From: Azolla caroliniana
Lineage: Eukaryota > Plantae > Polypodiophyta
Direction of reading: 5' to 3'
Length of the DNA: 64,000 nt
Assembly (NCBI GenBank): GCA_043228905.1
Contig: JBHGNT010000010.1
Span: 13,516,001-13,580,000, forward strand
Shown here piece after piece: positions 59,344 to 64,000 of the stretch (position 1 is its first letter; each line of letters starts with the position of its first letter). A program made the position numbers and the translations under genes. A model generated the notes under the pieces. That model saw only the letters and a list, made by a program, of their open reading frames with translations, was not told the DNA's origin and ran no database searches.

Positions 59344-60189
59344 TTGATAGATAATTTTCACACCACTTATGCAGAACTAACAATGAATTTGGATGATCTT
59401 GTTGCTGAAGACGAGGCAATAGATTACATATTACATGATAGTCAAAGGAAAATTAAGGTGTGCACACTTGTTACTTGGTTGTTTTTTATTTGAGTCTTTA
59501 CTTAAAATATTTTTATTAATAATTACTTACTTTTTATTATGTATTTTATATGTACAGGAATCATGTTGATTTTTGACAAGTTAACGACAATAGTGGTTGC
59601 AATTGGAGATCTTCGAAGTCATTGTAATTTTTATTACATATTGTTTTTTATTCGATTCTTTAAATTTGTTATTACGAATTACTTAATTCTTTTGCGTATT
59701 TTATACTTTCAGGAATCCCTTATTCAAACATTGGAAACAAAAAGCTAGATTAAGTTTACATATATGGTCCTATGGATTTGGAACTCTATTATATATATGG
59801 ATTGTTGTTCTTAAGTTACATATATGGATTTCAACATATATAGATTTGAAGTTTGAACTCTATTGTATGGAGTTTTGTTATCATTCTAAAAAGCATTTAT
59901 CTTTTTATGTTATATCTTATCATTTTTCACAAATTAGCAATTTTCAGAAAATGTGTTGTAAATTTCTGTTATTTTATAGTGTTCTAGTCTTTGATTTGGT
60001 TCAATTTATAATTTCATGTTGGTTGGATTATGTCAAAAACAATTCGGTTTGGTTTGGTAATGATGTATGATACATCGGTTCGGTTTGATTCTACATTTTA
60101 CGTAAATGGTTTGGTTTCTCTACCTATTAAACGGTTTGGTTTAAATAATTTGGTTTAAATGGCTTCAAAATTTTTAAATGGTTTGGTAA

Positions 60190-61647
60190 TGAAACACTTC
60201 GTTTAAGGATTAAACACAGAAATGGGAATAGAGATGAGTACTCAAACACACACGAACAATAGAGAGTACACAGGATGTTTACGTAGAAAAACCTAGTAGG
60301 GAAAAACCACGAGATCCCACAGGCTCCGAACTATCACTATTATGAGAGAGGTACAATCAAAGACTCGGAGACAATGACCTCGAGCTTTGTTTCTTCGCCA
60401 AGCGGCGGTTACAACAGAAATTGTTTTGTATCTCACTCACTCACACACACTTTCTCTCTCTATCAACATTTATGCACATACAACAATATGGCTACAACAC
60501 ACAACCACATAAAGTGATTGCCGTAAGTCATATTTATACTTATATGAACTTAGGGCTAGTTACAAATATATCCTTAATAGGCTTACTCAAAAAAACATAT
60601 TTACAGATATGTCTCTCTTCCAGTTCTCACCGGCTCTCCTCCGGTTTCCGGATCTCTTCCGGTTCTCACTGGGTCCTCTTCATTCATCACCGGATCCCAT
60701 TTGGAGGGACCGATTTCCCAACAATCTCCCCCTTCACTCTGGCATGGGATGTCTCGTCAGCCTGATCCGCTTTCAGCATGTGTCTAGCTTGTCGGTTGTT
60801 AGGACCTTAGTCAGCATGTCCGACTCGTTCTCCTCTGTTTGGATCTTCGTTAGCACAAAATCTTGATCTTCTACTCTCTCCCAGATCCAGTGGTACCTTC
60901 ACTCGATATGTTTTGTTCGGGAATGGTACGCCGTGTTCTTTGCAAGGTGGATGGCACTTTGACTGTCGTAGTAGAGCCGATATTCCTCATGTTGGATTCC
61001 TAGCTCTTCGATAAAGTCCTTCATCCAGATTATCTCCTTGCCGGCTTCCACAGCTACCATGTACTCCGCGTCCGTGGTTGACAACGCAACTGTCTTCTGC
61101 AACCTTGACTGCCACGAAACAACTCCCCCTGCATAAGTCATGACATATCCGGATGTAGACCGGTTGGTATCCACATCATCAAACATGTCCGAATCCATGA
61201 ATCCATCAAGTTGGGGATTACCGGAGCCAAACTGGAGGCACATACTCGGGGTGCCTTTCAGATACCGGAGTATCCACTTGACCGCGTTCCAATGCTCTCT
61301 TCCGGGATTGCTCATGAACTGGCTCACCACTTCGACTGCATATCCAATATGTGGCCGGGTACATACCATTGTGTACATCAGGCTCCCGATGGCAGAGGCA
61401 TATGGTATCTTCCTAATATCCATCTTCTCCGCCTTTGTCCTTAGGCTTTGTTTTCCGGACAGCTTGCAGTTTGGCCGAAGTGTCAATTGGACCGGTTTCG
61501 CCTCCGACATGTTGAACCGTTGGAGCACCTTTGTCACGTACTTCTCCTGTGACAACCACAACAGCTTCTCTGACCGGTCCCGTATGATGTGCATTCCCAA
61601 TATCTATCTTGCCGGTCCCAAGTCTTTCATTGAGAAGGTCTGGTTCA
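60190..61647 (-). mobile_element. 3' end of a minus-strand Tork-like Copia (RT/RNase H 60734-61647, PPT 60726-60735, 3' LTR ~60190-60723)
   Basis: ORF 60899-61600 (IPYASAIGSLMY...VSWQSRLQKTVALST...RTKHI); CTCCCCCTTCA PPT. Confidence 0.9.
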
Positions 61648-64000
61648 GGTTGGGATTACGGTCCCTCCGAATGGGATGGTCGGATGTCCGGGAATCGGGA
61701 ATGAAGACCCGAATGAGGAGTACCCGGTATCGGAGCCGGATGATGAAGACCCGGTTCCGGATCCGGATGATGAAGACCCCGGCTACGGAGCCGGATGATG
61801 AAGACCCCGGCTACGGAGCCGGATGACGAATGTACCCGGAGAGAGATCCGGATGCGGGGACATATTTGTGAATATGTTTGCCAAGGGCCCTTGAGGCTAT
61901 ATTTGTAAATAGCCCGAAAGTCATATGTGTATAAATATGACTTAGGGCAAACAGTTTTGTAGTTGTTGCTCATTTGTCTGTTTTCCACTCAGAGGGAGTG
62001 AAGTGAGAGTGAGAGAGAGAGAGAAAAAGGAAGAGGTCGACGCCTCTGTGTAATACCGCCGCCTGTGGCGAGGACAGCGAGCTCAAGGTCGTCGCCCTGC
62101 AGCTCGCCATTGTACATTCCCTGCGTATAGTGATAGTTGGAGTCTTGCACTCCCGTGGTTTTTCCCGTCTAGGGTTTTCCACGTTAAACCCTGTGCATTC
62201 GAGTCTCTCTCTGTGTTTTCGATTTTCTGCTGCACTGATTCGTGTTTCCTCGGTTGTGGCCGAGAGGAGAAGAAATTGGAAAGAGACAATTCCTAACAAT
62301 CTGGTATCAGAGCGACTGCAGTGCAGAAAATGGAAGGCGGCAGCAGCGGGCAGCCGGTGATGATGGTGCTGAATGCGCAGAACTACGCCGACTGGAAGAT
62401 AAAGATGGAGGATCTGCTAATTGTTCGGGACCTGTATGAACCGATCGACAGGTCGGAAATACCCAAGGGGGTACTTGAGACGGAATGGAGGCTTCTGAAC
62501 CGGAAAGCCGTTGCGACCATTCGGCAATACGTCGACGTGAGCGTTCTACAACACGTGGCGAATGACACCAACGCATATGAGATGTGGCAGAAGCTGTCGG
62601 GCCTCTACGAGAGGAAGAATGCGTTGAACCGGACCTCCCTGATGAGGAAGATAGTGAACCTCAAGTACCGGGACGGCGAGAGTATGGTGGAACACGTAAG
62701 CACGTTCATGGGATTCGTGAACCAGCTTGCGGCGATCAAGTTCCCGTTGGAGGATGCAATGCAAGCCATCATCCTGATGTGTACATTGCCGGCAAGCTGG
62801 GAGAACTTGGTGGTGACTCTCAGCACCTCCTGCACCGAAGATAACTTGTCCCTACAAACGGTAAAGACAAGCATTTTGAACGAAGAAGCGTGTCGGAGAG
62901 ATAAAGAACCGGCCTCCGATCCGAAGATGCTGCTTACCGAATCGGATCGGGGAAGACAACGGAACCGGAGTCCGCAAAGACGGGAGAAGTCGGGGACCCG
63001 GTCGCAGTCAAGAGGAAGGCCCACATGCTTCCACTGTGGGAAGCCGGGGCACTTCCGAAAGAATTGTCGGCATTACCGAAAAGACAACGGAGCCGACGAC
63101 ACCGATTCGAAGAAGTCTTCGGAACGGAACGGTGCTTACCGGGGAGCCACGGACCGAAATGGTTCGGATCGGCGAGAGCAGGACCGGAAAGGAACGACGG
63201 CACTCGCGGCAAGTGAAGAGGAGATCATGCTCATCACCGAAGAAGGTGAACTAAACATTGCCGGCGATGAGACTACCTGGGTGGTCGATTCCGGAGCGTC
63301 GTTCCACCTTACCCCGGAAAGAAGATACTTCTCATCCTACACAGCCGGTGAGCATGGCTGTGTTCGGATGGGAAATGAAGGTACGTGCCGGATTGCCGGC
63401 ATAGGAGACGTGTGGTTGACAACCTCGACCGGATGCAAAATGTTGCTGAAGGATGTCCGACACGTTCCGGAGGTGCGATTGAACCTGATTTCGGCCGGGA
63501 GGCTAGACGATGAAGGCTACATAGGTAGCATCCGGAACGGCGTAATGAAGTTCAGCAAGGGGAGCCTGATAGTGGCTCGGGCCCGGAAAGTCAACACACT
63601 GTACCTTATGAATGCCTGGTTGTGTCCGGAGGAGTTGAACGTGGCAGCCGACACTGCCGGTGAGCTGTGGCACAAGAGACTGTGCCACATGAGTGAGAAG
63701 GGGATGAAGAGGCTTGCAGAAGACAACCTTATTCCAGTGAAGCATGTGCACCTGGAGAAGTGCACCGATTGCCTGGCCGGTAAGCAGAACCGAACCTCCT
63801 TTCACTCAAGGCCACCGACGAGACGTAGCGCACCATTGGAGTTGGTGCACACTGACGTGTGTCAAGTAGAAACGAAGTCACATGGCGGAGCCCAGTACTT
63901 CGTGACATTCATTGATGACCACAGCCGGAAGCTGTGGACGGCACCGTTGAAGACAAAGGACCAAGTGTTGTGCGTCTTCAAAGAACTCCACGCGAGAGTG
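61648..64000 (+). mobile_element. Ty1/Copia element H, close relative of G; runs off the window end
   Basis: 5' LTR ~61648-62298 resembles 25289-25914; PBS 62302-62313. Confidence 0.93.
62330..64000 (+). CDS. Copia H Gag-Pol, 5' part (open to the window end)
   Basis: ATGGAAGGCGGCAGC...; collinear with 25944 onward, no stop noticed; absent from the ORF track because no stop codon is in the window. Confidence 0.88.
   Translation, partial: MEGGSSGQPVMMVLNAQNYADWKIKMEDLLIVRDLYEPIDRSEIPKGVLETEWRLLNRKAVATIRQYVDVSVLQHVANDTNAYEMWQKLSGLYERKNALNRTSLMRKIVNLKYRDGESMVEHVSTFMGFVNQLAAIKFPLEDAMQAIILMCTLPASWENLVVTLSTSCTEDNLSLQTVKTSILNEEACRRDKEPASDPKMLLTESDRGRQRNRSPQRREKSGTRSQSRGRPTCFHCGKPGHFRKNCRHYRKDNGADDTDSKKSSERNGAYRGATDRNGSDRREQDRKGTTALAASEEEIMLITEEGELNIAGDETTWVVDSGASFHLTPERRYFSSYTAGEHGCVRMGNEGTCRIAGIGDVWLTTSTGCKMLLKDVRHVPEVRLNLISAGRLDDEGYIGSIRNGVMKFSKGSLIVARARKVNTLYLMNAWLCPEELNVAADTAGELWHKRLCHMSEKGMKRLAEDNLIPVKHVHLEKCTDCLAGKQNRTSFHSRPPTRRSAPLELVHTDVCQVETKSHGGAQYFVTFIDDHSRKLWTAPLKTKDQVLCVFKELHARV

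Larger units (their letters stand above)
54559..60189 (+). mobile_element. hAT-superfamily DNA transposon, degenerate; right TIR not in view (interrupted by Copia)
   Basis: Left end TAGCAATGGGCA followed by dense AACCG/CGGTT subterminal repeats (54570-54760); similar repeats at 60040-60189; transposase inside. Confidence 0.85.

Overview
Eukaryotic (plant) nuclear DNA, most likely a fern. That assignment is inference: it combines Tcn1-type self-priming chromoviruses, known from non-seed plants, with a euAP2 gene that carries a miR172 site. Positions 1-45.9 kb are a deeply nested LTR-retrotransposon cluster. It holds two Athila-like (non-chromoviral) Ty3/Gypsy elements with a long extra 3' ORF, two chromoviruses plus a remnant of a third, several Ty1/Copia elements (one intact and very young, 25289-30675) and solo LTRs. 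Most boundaries are fixed by 5-bp TSDs. One host gene lies at 49339-53301: a 10-exon euAPETALA2-type transcription factor. Downstream are an LTR fragment, a degenerate hAT transposon carrying an antisense 93-codon tandem-repeat ORF, and two more nested Copia elements. The three most unusual signals are these. (1) Both Athila-like elements lack a polypurine tract; a covarying hairpin resembling a tRNA 3' half and ending in CCA abuts the 3' LTR instead, which amounts to a second, minus-strand PBS. (2) Chromovirus LTRs of two divergent families carry an antisense tRNA-type A-box/B-box at the U3 tip. (3) One chromovirus copy has an inversion joined exactly at its self-priming duplex. All coordinates were read by eye; no alignments or database searches were run.
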